DNA of 64,000 nucleotides from Dehalococcoidia bacterium (lineage in GTDB: Bacteria > Chloroflexota > Dehalococcoidia > Plut-88900). The DNA lies in assembly GCA_965207225.1 (NCBI GenBank), contig CBDBLV010000005.1, positions 1,120,001 to 1,184,000 on the forward strand, written 5' to 3'. Under the pieces are notes generated by a model. It was not told where the DNA came from, made no database searches, and worked only from the letters and a program-made list of their open reading frames with translations. Shown here one piece after another: positions 30,332 through 40,338 of this stretch. Within the stretch, counting starts at the first letter, position 1; each line of letters begins with the position of its first letter. The position numbers and the translations under genes were made by a program.

Positions 30332-32077
30332 ATGACTACGACCGCGGAGCGGCTTCTGTGCGCCGGAACAGTCGAGGAGGTGCGCGCCCGAGGATGCACG
30401 GTCGTCACGGGAGGCGGTCATGCGATTGCAGTCTTCCTTCTCGGGGACCGGTTTGCCGCAGTGGACAACCGGTGCCCTCACATGGGATTCCCGCTGGACA
30501 GGGGCACGGTCAGCAATGGAATTCTCACCTGTCACTGGCATCACGCCCGGTTCGATCTCTCAAGCGGCGGGACATTCGACCCCTTTGCCGACGACGTCCG
30601 GGCGTTCCCGGTTACGGTTGCGGAGGGTCGGGTGTGGGTAGACCCCAGCCCGCCGGATGCCGACCCCGTGGAAAGGTGGTCGCGGCGGCTGGAAGACGGG
30701 ATGGAGCACAACATCAGGTTGGTGATTGCGAAGTCGGTGCTGGGGCTGGAATCATCTCCCACAGATTACCGAATCCCGTTGACGATTGCGGCACGGTTCG
30801 GGACGACGTACTCGGATGTGGGGTGGGGGCAGGCGCTGACGATGATGACCTGTTCGGCGAATGCTCTCGACTGCCTCTACCCGGATGACCGGCCGCTGGC
30901 GCTGTACCAGGGCATCAGGCAGGTCGCCGCGGAGTGCGCCGGGCGACCGCCCCGCTTCATGGTAGACCCGCTTCCCACGGGAGAGACTCGACCCCACGTA
31001 TTCAAGGAATGGTTCCGCGGATTTATCGAGGTGCGCGATGAGGAGGGTGCAGAACGGTGCCTCCGCACGGCGATAGAGCTGGGCATTTCACTGGGTGAGA
31101 TAGCCGACATGGTCTTTGCCGCTGCAACTGACCGCATATACCTGGACGGGGGCCACGTCCTGGACTTCTGCAACAAAGGCTTCGAGCTACTGGACCATAT
31201 CGGCTGGGGGCACGCGGCGCAGGTGTTGACCAGCCTCGTTCACGGCATCGCCAGCGCCCGGCGCAGCGAGGAACTCAATTCGTGGAGGAACCCCATTGAT
31301 CTTTCTTCGATGGTGTGGGAGGCGCGACGTGCTCTACCCGGGCTCTGGGAGGAGGGGTCGGGGTTGCGGGGTGGGTGGGGTGGGGAGTCGGGGCTGGTGG
31401 AAAGGATGCTTGCGGACGATCCATCGGCAACGATACAGGCGCTGCAGGAAGCTGTACGCGAGGGGGCGACTGCCAAACGGCTGGGCGGCGCGGTGGCTTA
31501 TGCCGCCTTCCTGAGGATGGCCCGGTTCCACACTTCCAACGAGTTCGGGGACTGGGACACCGTGCACAACACCCTGACGGCGGGAAATGCTTTGCACCAG
31601 GCGCTGAAACGGGCCCCGTCGGTGGAATTATTGCGGGCGGTGTTCGACACGGCGATGAGCATCTACCTCGACCGATTCCTGAACATGCCGCCACGCCGCA
31701 TCCCCGAGCCCAATGGCGCAAATCCCGACGGTGATCTCGGGGCGGAGCTGCTGGATGCGATGGACTCCCAGCAGCAGGTGGAGCAGGCTGCACGAATCGT
31801 GACGGACTACGTGGCGGGGAGCCGGGACCCGGATGGCATTCTAGCGGTGCTGGGCCACGCGATGCTGCGGGAGGACTCGACGTTCCACCACTTCCAGATA
31901 GTTGACGCCGCGATGAAGCAGTACCTGGAGCGAAGGGGAACGCCCGCGGCCCGACACGTCCTGGTCGGGGCGGCGAGGTTTTTGGCTGCCCATTACCCTA
32001 CTCCGAGGGCGGTGAACCAGACCTTCAACATTGCGGTGCGTCTCCAGCGGGGCGACGAGATCTTCAGGGAAGAATAA
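30332..32077 (+). CDS. Rieske [2Fe-2S] domain fused to a large helical domain of unknown function
   Basis: CPH...CHWH Rieske ligands; GGAGG RBS. Confidence 0.85.
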   Translation: MTTTAERLLCAGTVEEVRARGCTVVTGGGHAIAVFLLGDRFAAVDNRCPHMGFPLDRGTVSNGILTCHWHHARFDLSSGGTFDPFADDVRAFPVTVAEGRVWVDPSPPDADPVERWSRRLEDGMEHNIRLVIAKSVLGLESSPTDYRIPLTIAARFGTTYSDVGWGQALTMMTCSANALDCLYPDDRPLALYQGIRQVAAECAGRPPRFMVDPLPTGETRPHVFKEWFRGFIEVRDEEGAERCLRTAIELGISLGEIADMVFAAATDRIYLDGGHVLDFCNKGFELLDHIGWGHAAQVLTSLVHGIASARRSEELNSWRNPIDLSSMVWEARRALPGLWEEGSGLRGGWGGESGLVERMLADDPSATIQALQEAVREGATAKRLGGAVAYAAFLRMARFHTSNEFGDWDTVHNTLTAGNALHQALKRAPSVELLRAVFDTAMSIYLDRFLNMPPRRIPEPNGANPDGDLGAELLDAMDSQQQVEQAARIVTDYVAGSRDPDGILAVLGHAMLREDSTFHHFQIVDAAMKQYLERRGTPAARHVLVGAARFLAAHYPTPRAVNQTFNIAVRLQRGDEIFREE

Positions 32078-32120
32078 CACCCTCCAACCTTCGGTCGATA
32101 TCTGGGTCGCGAAGGCGGGG

Positions 32121-32852
32121 CTAGTAGACCATCTCTCCGCCGAGGAAGGCGCGAGTCCTGGGGTCACGGGCTTCCGAGAAGAGCTGTTCTGTGGGGCCGA
32201 CCTCGACTACTTTGCCGTCAAGGAGGAGGGCCGTGCGGTCGGCGAGGCGTCGGGCCTGGAAGACGTTGTGGGTGACCAGCACGATGGTCGTGCCAATCTC
32301 CCTGACATTGCGCTGCATGAGATCTTCGACCAGGGCCACGTTGTAGGGGTCCAGGTTGGCGGTGGGTTCGTCGAGGAGGAGGACCTCGGGTTCCAGGATT
32401 AGGGCCCGGGCGAGGGCGACGCGCTGGGTCTCGCCGAAGGAGATGGTTGAAGGGTGCTCGCGGGCCAGGGACTCCATGCCGAGCTTTTCGAGGAAGTCGG
32501 CGGCGCGGGTTTTGGCGTCTTTCACGCCGCGCAGCCTGAGGCCGTAGGCGACGTTGTTGAGCACGGAGGTGTTGAAGAGGAGGGGGCTCTGGAAGACCAG
32601 GGTCATTCGCCTGCGGAAATCGAGGGAAATCGAGGCCCGGGCGTCGTAGGTCTGGCCGAGGAAGCGGATTGTGCCCGAGGTTTGAGGCTCAAGGAAGTTG
32701 AGGAGGCGCAGGAGGGTGCTCTTGCCGGAGCCGCTGGGGCCAATGATGCCGAGGGCCTCACCCCGGTGAATTTCCAGGGACTCTATGTTGCAAGCCTCCC
32801 TCTCGCCGTAGCGCTTGACGAGCCGGTCAAGGGTGTAGATGGAGTCGTTCAT
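32121..32852 (-). CDS. tupC: Tungstate ABC transporter ATPase
   Basis: GPSGSGKS and LLLDEPT; operon context. Confidence 0.85.
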   Translation of the reverse strand: MNDSIYTLDRLVKRYGEREACNIESLEIHRGEALGIIGPSGSGKSTLLRLLNFLEPQTSGTIRFLGQTYDARASISLDFRRRMTLVFQSPLLFNTSVLNNVAYGLRLRGVKDAKTRAADFLEKLGMESLAREHPSTISFGETQRVALARALILEPEVLLLDEPTANLDPYNVALVEDLMQRNVREIGTTIVLVTHNVFQARRLADRTALLLDGKVVEVGPTEQLFSEARDPRTRAFLGGEMVY

Positions 32853-33547
32853 CGGGCGAGGGCCCTTCCCTGGAGTCGGGTGGCGATGATGTTGATTGTG
32901 AAGGAGATCAGGAGCAGGATGAGGCCGAGGGCAATAGCGGCGGCGAACTCGCCCTTGCGGGTCTCCAGGACGATGGCGGTGGTGAGGACGCGGGTGTTAC
33001 CGGCGATGTTGCCCCCGACGATGATCACGGCCCCAACCTCTGTGACGACGCGGCCGAAGGCGGCGGCGAGGGCGATGACCATGGAGACGCGGGCCTCGCC
33101 GAGGAGGGCGAAAGTGGCCTGGGTGCGGGTTGCACCGAGGCTCCTGAGCTGAAGCCGCATCCCGGGGTTAATGGCCAATATGGCCGACATGGTTAGACTG
33201 GCGATGACGGGGAACGCGATGATGAACTGGGCGACGATTATGGCCCAGGGGGTGAAGAGCCAGCCGAGTATGCCGAATGGCCCCTGCTGAGACAGGAGGA
33301 GGAAGACGATGAGGCCGACGACGACGGTCGGGAAGGCCATGCCGGAATAGGTCAAGCCTATGAGGACTCGGCGGCCGGGGAAGCGGCTGAAGGCTAGCCA
33401 TATTCCGTAGGGTATGGCAGCGGCGGCGGCGAGCAGGAGGGCGAGGCCGGAGACCTGGAGGGAGAAGAGGGCAATGCGCCGGACCTCGGGGTCGAGGCTG
33501 CCGATGAGCTTGAGGGCCTGCCAGATTCCGGATGCTATTTCTTCCAT
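32849..33547 (-). CDS. tupB: Tungstate ABC transporter permease
   Basis: PTVVVGL and EVGAVIIVGGNI...TRVLTTAI motifs. Confidence 0.9.
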   Translation of the reverse strand: MEEIASGIWQALKLIGSLDPEVRRIALFSLQVSGLALLLAAAAAIPYGIWLAFSRFPGRRVLIGLTYSGMAFPTVVVGLIVFLLLSQQGPFGILGWLFTPWAIIVAQFIIAFPVIASLTMSAILAINPGMRLQLRSLGATRTQATFALLGEARVSMVIALAAAFGRVVTEVGAVIIVGGNIAGNTRVLTTAIVLETRKGEFAAAIALGLILLLISFTINIIATRLQGRALAR

Positions 33548-33576
33548 AAGGTCACGCCGCTAGAGTGGAACCGGGG

Positions 33577-34461
33577 TTACGGCATCTCCCCCAGGTGTAC
33601 GGGGTTGAAGAGGGAGAGGCCGAATTCGTCTTTGCGGAAGTCGGCGATACGCTGCTGGGTATCGGGAGAGATGAGGAACCGGATGAAGGCGTCGGCGAGC
33701 TCGGACTGGACCTGGAGGTACTTGTCGGGGTTGACCATGATGACGTGGTAGGGATTGAAGAGCCGTTCGTCGCCTTCGGCCACTATGACGAGGTTGAGCT
33801 CCTTGCGGGCGAGGAAGGTGCCCCTGTCGGTGAGGGTGTATGCGCCGAGCTCGTTGGCAGTAGTAAGGGTGCCGCCCATGCCCTGTCCGAGGGAGAGATA
33901 CCAGTCCTTGGCTTCCACGGACTCCACGCCGGCCTCGGTCCACATTTCTGTTTCCTTGACGTGGGTACCCGACGCATCGCCGCGGGATGCGAACTTGGAG
34001 CCGGTTGCGGCGATGCGGCGGAAGGCCTCGGTGGCGTTGGCTAGGCCCGAGGCCTGGGCGGGGTCGTGGGGGGGGCCGAGGACTACGAAGTCGTTGTACA
34101 TGACGTAGGTGCGGTCGACACCGTTGCCCTCCTCCACGAACTGCAATTCGAGGGAGGGGGCGTGTACTAGGACGACATCGGCGTCGCCTCGGGCGGCGAT
34201 GGCAAGGGCCTGGCCGGTGCCCACGGAGATAACCCTGACGTGGGCGTTGTGCTCGTCCTCGAAGGGGGGGATGACGTGATCCAGGAGGCCGGAGTCGTAG
34301 GTGCTGGTTGTGGTGGTGAGGACAAGGGAGCGCTCGGCGCCCTGGAAGCAGGCGGTCGTTGCCAACAGGGCTGCCAGGGCCAGGAGAGCAAATACCCGCG
34401 ACCGAAGACCGCCTATGTTGCCAAATGTGCTTGTCATTTCCCTTATGGGTCCGTTCTTCAA
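33577..34461 (-). CDS. tupA: Tungstate-binding lipoprotein
   Basis: TTTS motif, VGTGQA, SRGDASGTH; start may be 34437. Confidence 0.92.
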   Translation of the reverse strand: MKNGPIREMTSTFGNIGGLRSRVFALLALAALLATTACFQGAERSLVLTTTTSTYDSGLLDHVIPPFEDEHNAHVRVISVGTGQALAIAARGDADVVLVHAPSLELQFVEEGNGVDRTYVMYNDFVVLGPPHDPAQASGLANATEAFRRIAATGSKFASRGDASGTHVKETEMWTEAGVESVEAKDWYLSLGQGMGGTLTTANELGAYTLTDRGTFLARKELNLVIVAEGDERLFNPYHVIMVNPDKYLQVQSELADAFIRFLISPDTQQRIADFRKDEFGLSLFNPVHLGEMP

Positions 34462-34470
34462 AGCCGCCGC

Positions 34471-34522
34471 ATTCTATGCAAGGAAAGTATGATTGTCAAT
34501 AAGATAAGTTTACTTTACAATC
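34471..34522. promoter_or_regulatory. Overlapping divergent promoters with inverted repeat
   Basis: Minus strand TTGACA-N17-TAGAAT; plus strand TTGTCA-N17-TACAAT; GATTGTCAA-N14-TTTACAATC. Confidence 0.65.
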
Positions 34523-34531
34523 GACATAGAT

Positions 34532-35644
34532 ATGTCCAGTCTTTCGAATAACCTGAAATCGGCGAGGGTCTCAGCGGGACTTTCGCAGGCGGCGCTGGCG
34601 ATGAAAGCCGGGGTGTCGCGGCAGGCTTACGCGGCAATCGAGGGCGGGAGATCGGTGCCGTCCACGGAGGTGTCGCTGAGGCTGGCTCGGGCGTTGGGGT
34701 GCAGAGTGGAATCGCTGTTCTCGTTGCCGTACGAGGAAGAGGGGATGGTGACCGCGGAGCTGGCACCGACCTCCCAGTCGTCGGTGCTGCCGTCGAGGGT
34801 GCAGCTGTTCAGTGTAGGGGGGAGGAGGTTTGCGCGGCCGCTACTGGGTCGGAACTCTACCAGCTACACGATGGCGCCCGCGGACGGGATAGCGATGGGT
34901 GCAACTTCCCCGGATGGGGTGTCGGTGCGGCTACTGGCGCCCCTGGAAGAGGCGGAAACGCTGGTGCTGGCGGGCGGCGACCCGGCGATACCGTTCCTAT
35001 CCCGGGACTTGGCGTTGCGGAACTTCCGCATGGTACGGCTGGGAGAAGACAGCAACACCGCATTGAGCTACCTTTCGGGGGGGATGGCACACGTGGCGGG
35101 CTGTCACCTGTTTGACGAGGACACGGGCCAGTACAACGTGTCGTGGGTGCGGCGTCGGGCGCCGTTTCCGTGCTCGGTGATCACGTTTGCCATCCGGGAG
35201 CAGGGGCTAATCGTTGCGGCGGGCAACCCGAAGGGGATATCGGGGGTGGGAGACCTTTCGAGGCCTGACATATTGTTCATCAACCGGGAGGAGGGGTCGG
35301 GGAGCCGGGCGCTGATGGACAGGCTCGTGGCGAGAGCGGGGGTGGGAGGGGAGATGATAGGGGGTTACGAGCGGTCGGTGGAAGGGCACCTGGCGGTGGC
35401 GGATGCTGTGGCGACAGGCCTGGCGGACGCGGGGATCGGGGTTAGGTCGGCGGCGGAGGCCCGGGGGCTGGGCTTCGTGTCGCTGGGGCAGGAGCGCTAC
35501 GACTTCGTGATACCCAACCACTTCATGGATTTGCCGATGGTGCAGGCCTTCATCGAGACGCTGAAGCAGCCCTATCCTCGAAGGCAGGTGGAGGCGCTGG
35601 GGGGCTACGACGTTTCGCCGATGGGGGAGGCGGTGGCCGTATAA
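34532..35644 (+). CDS. XRE HTH plus PBP-like (molybdate/tungstate-binding) transcriptional regulator
   Basis: N-terminal cro/C1 HTH; HVAGCHL, INREEGSGSR and GHLAVA motifs; divergent from tupABC. Confidence 0.85.
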   Translation: MSSLSNNLKSARVSAGLSQAALAMKAGVSRQAYAAIEGGRSVPSTEVSLRLARALGCRVESLFSLPYEEEGMVTAELAPTSQSSVLPSRVQLFSVGGRRFARPLLGRNSTSYTMAPADGIAMGATSPDGVSVRLLAPLEEAETLVLAGGDPAIPFLSRDLALRNFRMVRLGEDSNTALSYLSGGMAHVAGCHLFDEDTGQYNVSWVRRRAPFPCSVITFAIREQGLIVAAGNPKGISGVGDLSRPDILFINREEGSGSRALMDRLVARAGVGGEMIGGYERSVEGHLAVADAVATGLADAGIGVRSAAEARGLGFVSLGQERYDFVIPNHFMDLPMVQAFIETLKQPYPRRQVEALGGYDVSPMGEAVAV

Positions 35645-35699
35645 TTGCCTGTGGTCGGGTCTCGGGTTTCTTTGAGTCGAATTGAGTTACCAGGGCTCC

Positions 35700-37211
35700 G
35701 TGAAGGCTGTACAAATTCCCAACTATTCGGACACGGTAGTAATAGGTGGCGGAACGGCGGGGGCCGCTGTGGCAGGGCTTCTGGCCGAACGGGGTGATCA
35801 GTCAGTGGTCCTCCTTGAAGCAGGACCGGACTACGGCCCATTTTCTGAAGGTCGATGGCCCACCGACCTCCTGGATGGCCGCATCGTAGCCGAGACCCAT
35901 GACTGGGCTTACACGAGTACAGCTATCAACGGTCGGTCGGGCCACGCCCTGGAAAGGGCGAGGGTCATCGGTGGGTGTTCATCGCATAACGGGTGCATTG
36001 CGCTTTGGGGCAGCCGCGTTGACTACGATGGGTGGGCGGCGGCGGGCAACGATGGATGGTCGACGGAGGAGGTGCTGCCGTATTTTCGGAGGGCGTCGGG
36101 GCGGCTGCAGGTGCGGGAGTTTTCTCCCGAAGAGGTGACGCCGTTTCACGGGGCGTGCATCGAGGCGATGGCCGGGGCAGGGGTCCCGGTTATCGAAGAC
36201 CTTAACGACATTGACGAGAACTTCGGGGCGGCGATTTCACCAATTAACATCCGGGAGGGAGTAAGGTGGAATGCCTCATTTGCCTACCTGGACCCTGTGC
36301 GGGACTCAGGCTATCTCACGGTGGTGGGGGACACCGTAGTTGAAAAGATCAATCTGGAGGGCCCGCGTGTTGTATCCGTGGACGCGGTAATTGGTGGGGA
36401 GAGGGCGACGGTCGGGGCGGGGCGGGTGGTGGTGTGTGCGGGGGCGTACGGGTCTGCGGCTGTTCTGATGGGGTCGGGGGTGGGGGCGGGTGGGGAACTG
36501 GCGAGGTTGGGGATTGAAACAGTGGTTGACTTGCCGGGGGTGGGTAGGAATCTGCACGATCATCCGGCCTTCGGCCTCGAATACCGGAGCACAGCGCTGT
36601 TCAACTCGCTGATGGACGATTTTGTGGCCGGGGGCAGGACCGTATATGCGGAGCAAAGCCTGGCAAAGGCGCGGAGCAGTAGATGTGACAAGGCTTTCGA
36701 CCTTCACATTGCTCCAATCGCCTTTATCGAACGCGAGGAGTCGGGGGACTGGCGGTTCAAGATAGCCGTGGCGAACATGGCGCCCAAGTCCCGGGGTCGC
36801 TTAACTCTGCGTGATGCCGACCCGAACAGCGCCCTAAACATCGACACCGGCTATTACACCGACCCAGAGGACTCGGACATTGGGGTGGTGATGGACGGGA
36901 TAGAGTTGGCGAGAGAAATTGCGGGGCAGAAAGCGCTAGCGGAGCTGATAGGAGAGGAGCTTGAGGAGACAGCTAGGCTGGTCTTAGTGGAGGACGTGCG
37001 GCGGAACAGCGTGCACTATTACCACCCTGTCGGGACGTGCAAGATGGGGCCCGACTCGGACCCCAATGCGGTCGTGGATGCGCGAGGGAAGGTGTACGGG
37101 GTGGACAATCTTTATGTGGCGGATGCATCGATCATGCCGGTCGTGCCCCGGGCGAACACAAACCTGCCGTCGGTGATGCTGGCGGAGAAGATTGTGTCGG
37201 GGCTGGGGTAG
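35700..37211 (+). CDS. GMC family flavoprotein oxidoreductase
   Basis: GGGTAG, LEAG, GGCSSHN, VGRNLHDH, HPVGTC and ANTN motifs; start uncertain. Confidence 0.92.
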   Translation: MKAVQIPNYSDTVVIGGGTAGAAVAGLLAERGDQSVVLLEAGPDYGPFSEGRWPTDLLDGRIVAETHDWAYTSTAINGRSGHALERARVIGGCSSHNGCIALWGSRVDYDGWAAAGNDGWSTEEVLPYFRRASGRLQVREFSPEEVTPFHGACIEAMAGAGVPVIEDLNDIDENFGAAISPINIREGVRWNASFAYLDPVRDSGYLTVVGDTVVEKINLEGPRVVSVDAVIGGERATVGAGRVVVCAGAYGSAAVLMGSGVGAGGELARLGIETVVDLPGVGRNLHDHPAFGLEYRSTALFNSLMDDFVAGGRTVYAEQSLAKARSSRCDKAFDLHIAPIAFIEREESGDWRFKIAVANMAPKSRGRLTLRDADPNSALNIDTGYYTDPEDSDIGVVMDGIELAREIAGQKALAELIGEELEETARLVLVEDVRRNSVHYYHPVGTCKMGPDSDPNAVVDARGKVYGVDNLYVADASIMPVVPRANTNLPSVMLAEKIVSGLG

Positions 37212-37212
37212 G

Positions 37213-37908
37213 CTAAGAAGTGGTCATAGTCTCTCGTCCGTAATCGCAGTACTGGCTTAGGGCGCAGCGGGGACAGTCGGGGCGCTTGCGGCAGACGTCC
37301 TTAGCGAGGGCGATGAGGAGGGCGTGGTATTCGGCGAGCATCTGGGTATCGGCAGGGAGGGAGTCTTCGAAGAAAGCCTGGAGGTCGGGGTAGGGGGCTC
37401 GGGGGTCGGGGACCAGGCCCAGGCGACCCATTATGCGGCGGGTGTATTCGTCTATGACGAATTTGGGATTGCCTGCGGCGTAGAGGAGGATGCAGTCGGC
37501 GGTCTCCCGGCCGATGCCGTGGATGGAGAGGAGTTCGGACCTGAGGGTTTCGGGGTCCTGGGAGAGCATGGCGTCCAGGTCTCCACCATGTCGTCTTATG
37601 ACATGGTCTGCAAATGCCTTTACCCGGCGGGCTTTGATGGTGTAGAAGCCGGAGGAGCGGACGAGATCGCCTATGTCAGTCTTGGAAAGTTCGGCGAGGG
37701 TGGCTACATTCAACGCACCGGCACTTCGGAGGGCGGCGAGGGCTTTTGCGGCATTGGCCCAGGCGGTCGACTGGACCAGAATGGCGCCGATAATCATTTC
37801 GAGAGGGGTGTCGGCGGGCCACCAGTTCTGGGGTCCGTACCTTTCGAGGAGGAGGTCGTAGACCCTGCACAAGTATTTTGATACGTCATTGGTGAGTTTG
37901 CCGCTCAT
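37213..37908 (-). CDS. HhH-GPD endonuclease III-related protein with [4Fe-4S] motif
   Basis: GAILVQ, GIGRETAD, IDEY, C-x6-C-x2-C-x5-C. Confidence 0.9.
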   Translation of the reverse strand: MSGKLTNDVSKYLCRVYDLLLERYGPQNWWPADTPLEMIIGAILVQSTAWANAAKALAALRSAGALNVATLAELSKTDIGDLVRSSGFYTIKARRVKAFADHVIRRHGGDLDAMLSQDPETLRSELLSIHGIGRETADCILLYAAGNPKFVIDEYTRRIMGRLGLVPDPRAPYPDLQAFFEDSLPADTQMLAEYHALLIALAKDVCRKRPDCPRCALSQYCDYGRETMTTS

Positions 37909-38029
37909 GAGATGCTACCGATGCCCTGCGCTTTCCATTTTCTCTACTATAATTTGCCGGGAAACACTAAGACATTATCGTTTACCAGGCAGCAGACCTA
38001 TACACGGAAAACTACGGGGAGAACGCAAC

Positions 38030-38428
38030 TTGAACCTCGATCAGATGAAGCACTACCAGGGCAAGCTGGCTTATGAAATGGACTCGGCGGACCTGCAGGA
38101 TGCGCTGGACAACGGGGAAGCCATTGTAGTCGTTGATGGACGTGCGGCGAGCGCGTATGCAAGCGAGCATATCCCGGAGGCCATAAGCCTGCCTCACAGG
38201 GAGATCAGCGCCAATTCCACGGAGTGGCTGGATAAGTCGAAAGTGTATGTCTGCTACTGCGACGGAATCGGGTGTAATGCCTCGACGAAGACTGCGCTAA
38301 AGCTGCTGACTCTTGGGTTTGAAGTACGGGAATTGATCGGCGGGCTGGACTGGTGGAAGCGGGACGGCCACCCGACCCACGGCGCCGATGCGCTTATCGG
38401 GAGCGCTGTCGGGTGCGGGTGTAACTAG
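38030..38428 (+). CDS. Rhodanese-like domain protein
   Basis: HIPEA, YCDGIGC and LIGGLDWW motifs. Confidence 0.88.
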   Translation: MNLDQMKHYQGKLAYEMDSADLQDALDNGEAIVVVDGRAASAYASEHIPEAISLPHREISANSTEWLDKSKVYVCYCDGIGCNASTKTALKLLTLGFEVRELIGGLDWWKRDGHPTHGADALIGSAVGCGCN

Positions 38429-38460
38429 TCACATTCAGTACAGAAGGGTCCGAGGCTCTT

Positions 38461-39153
38461 TCAGGCCAAATCCACCGGGATACGTGCCCCGAGGGTGATC
38501 TCTTCCATGGTGACATCGCACCCGTAGGCGTGGATGTCTACGCCCATTTTCGCAGCTTCTTCCAACGTGGCGGCGAAGTCGGGGTCGGCGGACTTGTAGG
38601 GGGTAAAGAGTTGGGCGTCCGGCCTCTGGACGACGAAGATGACCGCGGCACGGTAGCCCTGGTCGACGGCTTTCATGAGGGTGCGGAGGTGTTTCGTGCC
38701 GCGGGTGGTAGGGGAGTCGGGGAAGAGGGCTGTGCCGTTGCAGACGAGGGTCACGGACTTGGTCTCCACGTAGACCCGGCCCCCGGGGCCCGAGAAACAG
38801 AGGTCGAGGCGGCTTTCCTCAAAGGTCACTTCTCTTTCGATGACCGGGTAGCCCTCGAACTGGGGTAGTTTGCCGAGGGTGTGGGCCTCGGCGACGAGGG
38901 AAGGGGGGAGACGGGCGTCGCAGGAGACCAAGACATTGTCTATGCGGACGAGGCGGAGGTCGAAGGCGGTCTTGCGGTGAGGGGAGGAAGCGGGTGAGAC
39001 ATAGACCTGGGCGTCTGGGACGAATAGCTCATGGAGCCGGCCGGAGTTGGGGACGTGGGCCACGGCCTCCGTGCCGTCCACTTCGACTCGGGCGGCGAAC
39101 CTGTTGAGGCGTTCTTTGAAGAAAGCCTGGCGGAGGTCGGGTGGGGACTTCAT
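38461..39153 (-). CDS. sfsA: DNA/RNA nuclease SfsA
   Basis: RLNRF, HVPNSGRL, ETKSVTL and FPDSPTTRG.KHL motifs. Confidence 0.95.
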   Translation of the reverse strand: MKSPPDLRQAFFKERLNRFAARVEVDGTEAVAHVPNSGRLHELFVPDAQVYVSPASSPHRKTAFDLRLVRIDNVLVSCDARLPPSLVAEAHTLGKLPQFEGYPVIEREVTFEESRLDLCFSGPGGRVYVETKSVTLVCNGTALFPDSPTTRGTKHLRTLMKAVDQGYRAAVIFVVQRPDAQLFTPYKSADPDFAATLEEAAKMGVDIHAYGCDVTMEEITLGARIPVDLA

Positions 39154-39215
39154 GGAGATGATTGTACCCGTTACGCCCCTCCCACCACTCGTACCAATTG
39201 TGATACGGTTAATCT

Positions 39216-40052
39216 ATGCAGAGCAACAGTTTCGTGGACAAGCTACGGCGGGCCACCGAGGCCAATGAGAGTCTTCTATGCGTGGGGCTGGACCCCGATC
39301 CGCTTCTCATGCCCATCGGCGATGTCTTCGAGTTCAACCGGGCGATTGTGGATGCGACTTGGGACCTGGTCTGCTGTTACAAGCCTAACCTGGCATTCTA
39401 CGAGGCGTTCGGGCCTCCGGGGCTGGAGGCGCTCAAGCGGACGGTGGAGCACATCGGCAGTGACATTCCGGTGATTGGGGATGCGAAGCGGGGAGATATA
39501 GGGAACACGGCCCGGGCATATGCGTCGGCGCTGTTTGATTACTATGGGTTCGACGCGGTGACCGCCAACCCGTACATGGGCGGCGACACACTGGCCCCGT
39601 TCCTTGACTATGCAGACAGAGGGGTCTTTGTGGTGTGCCGAACGTCAAATCCAGGGTCAGGGGACTTCCAATCGCTGCCCATCACCCGACCGGATGGGGA
39701 GGAGTGGCCGCTCTACATGGAAGTGGCGACACGATGCAACGAGTGGAACGTCTCAGGAGGGGTGGGGCTGGTGGTGGGGGCTACGTATGCGGAGGAACTG
39801 CGGCAGGTCCGCGGCCTGTGTCCCGACTTGCCTATCCTCATCCCGGGCATCGGGGTGCAGGGGGGAGATTTGCGGGCGTCGGTGGTGAATGGGCTGGACA
39901 GGCGGGGGGGCGGCATCCTGATCTCGGCCTCCCGGCAGGTGATATACGCATCCAAGGGGCCGGACTTTGCGGAGCGGGCGAGGGACGCCGCCCTTGATTT
40001 GAGGAATCGCATCAACCAGTGCCGGGCAGAAGCGGCCCGAATCCGGGCATAG
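39216..40052 (+). CDS. pyrF: Orotidine-5'-phosphate decarboxylase
   Basis: LCVGLDP, KPN, DAKRGDIGNT and LVVGAT motifs. Confidence 0.96.
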   Translation: MQSNSFVDKLRRATEANESLLCVGLDPDPLLMPIGDVFEFNRAIVDATWDLVCCYKPNLAFYEAFGPPGLEALKRTVEHIGSDIPVIGDAKRGDIGNTARAYASALFDYYGFDAVTANPYMGGDTLAPFLDYADRGVFVVCRTSNPGSGDFQSLPITRPDGEEWPLYMEVATRCNEWNVSGGVGLVVGATYAEELRQVRGLCPDLPILIPGIGVQGGDLRASVVNGLDRRGGGILISASRQVIYASKGPDFAERARDAALDLRNRINQCRAEAARIRA

Positions 40053-40056
40053 ATCT

Positions 40057-40278
40057 ATGCTCCGGGAGTTTGCGATAGGCGACGTGGTACGGATGCGCAA
40101 GCCACACCCGTGCGGGGGTTATGAGTGGGAAGTGACGCGGCTGGGGGCGGATATAGGGGGGCGGTGCGTGAATTGCCAGCACCGGATTTTGCTGTCGCGT
40201 TCGGCGTTTGAGAAGCGGGTGAAGTCGGTGGTGTCCCGGGCCCGGGCGCCGAACCCGCTCACGCCAAATCCGGATTAA
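40057..40278 (+). CDS. DUF951 family protein
   Basis: GDVVRMRKPHPCG..WE..R.GAD...C..C. Confidence 0.9.
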   Translation: MLREFAIGDVVRMRKPHPCGGYEWEVTRLGADIGGRCVNCQHRILLSRSAFEKRVKSVVSRARAPNPLTPNPD

Positions 40279-40284
40279 AGGGCT

Positions 40285-40318
40285 GGGGCCGCCCTGTTTG
40301 ACAGGGCGGCCCCTTTTT
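40285..40318 (+). terminator. Intrinsic terminator
   Basis: GGGGCCGCCCTGT-ttg-ACAGGGCGGCCCC-TTTTT between convergent genes. Confidence 0.85.
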
Positions 40319-40338
40319 GCCTTGTTTACCCTTGCGGG

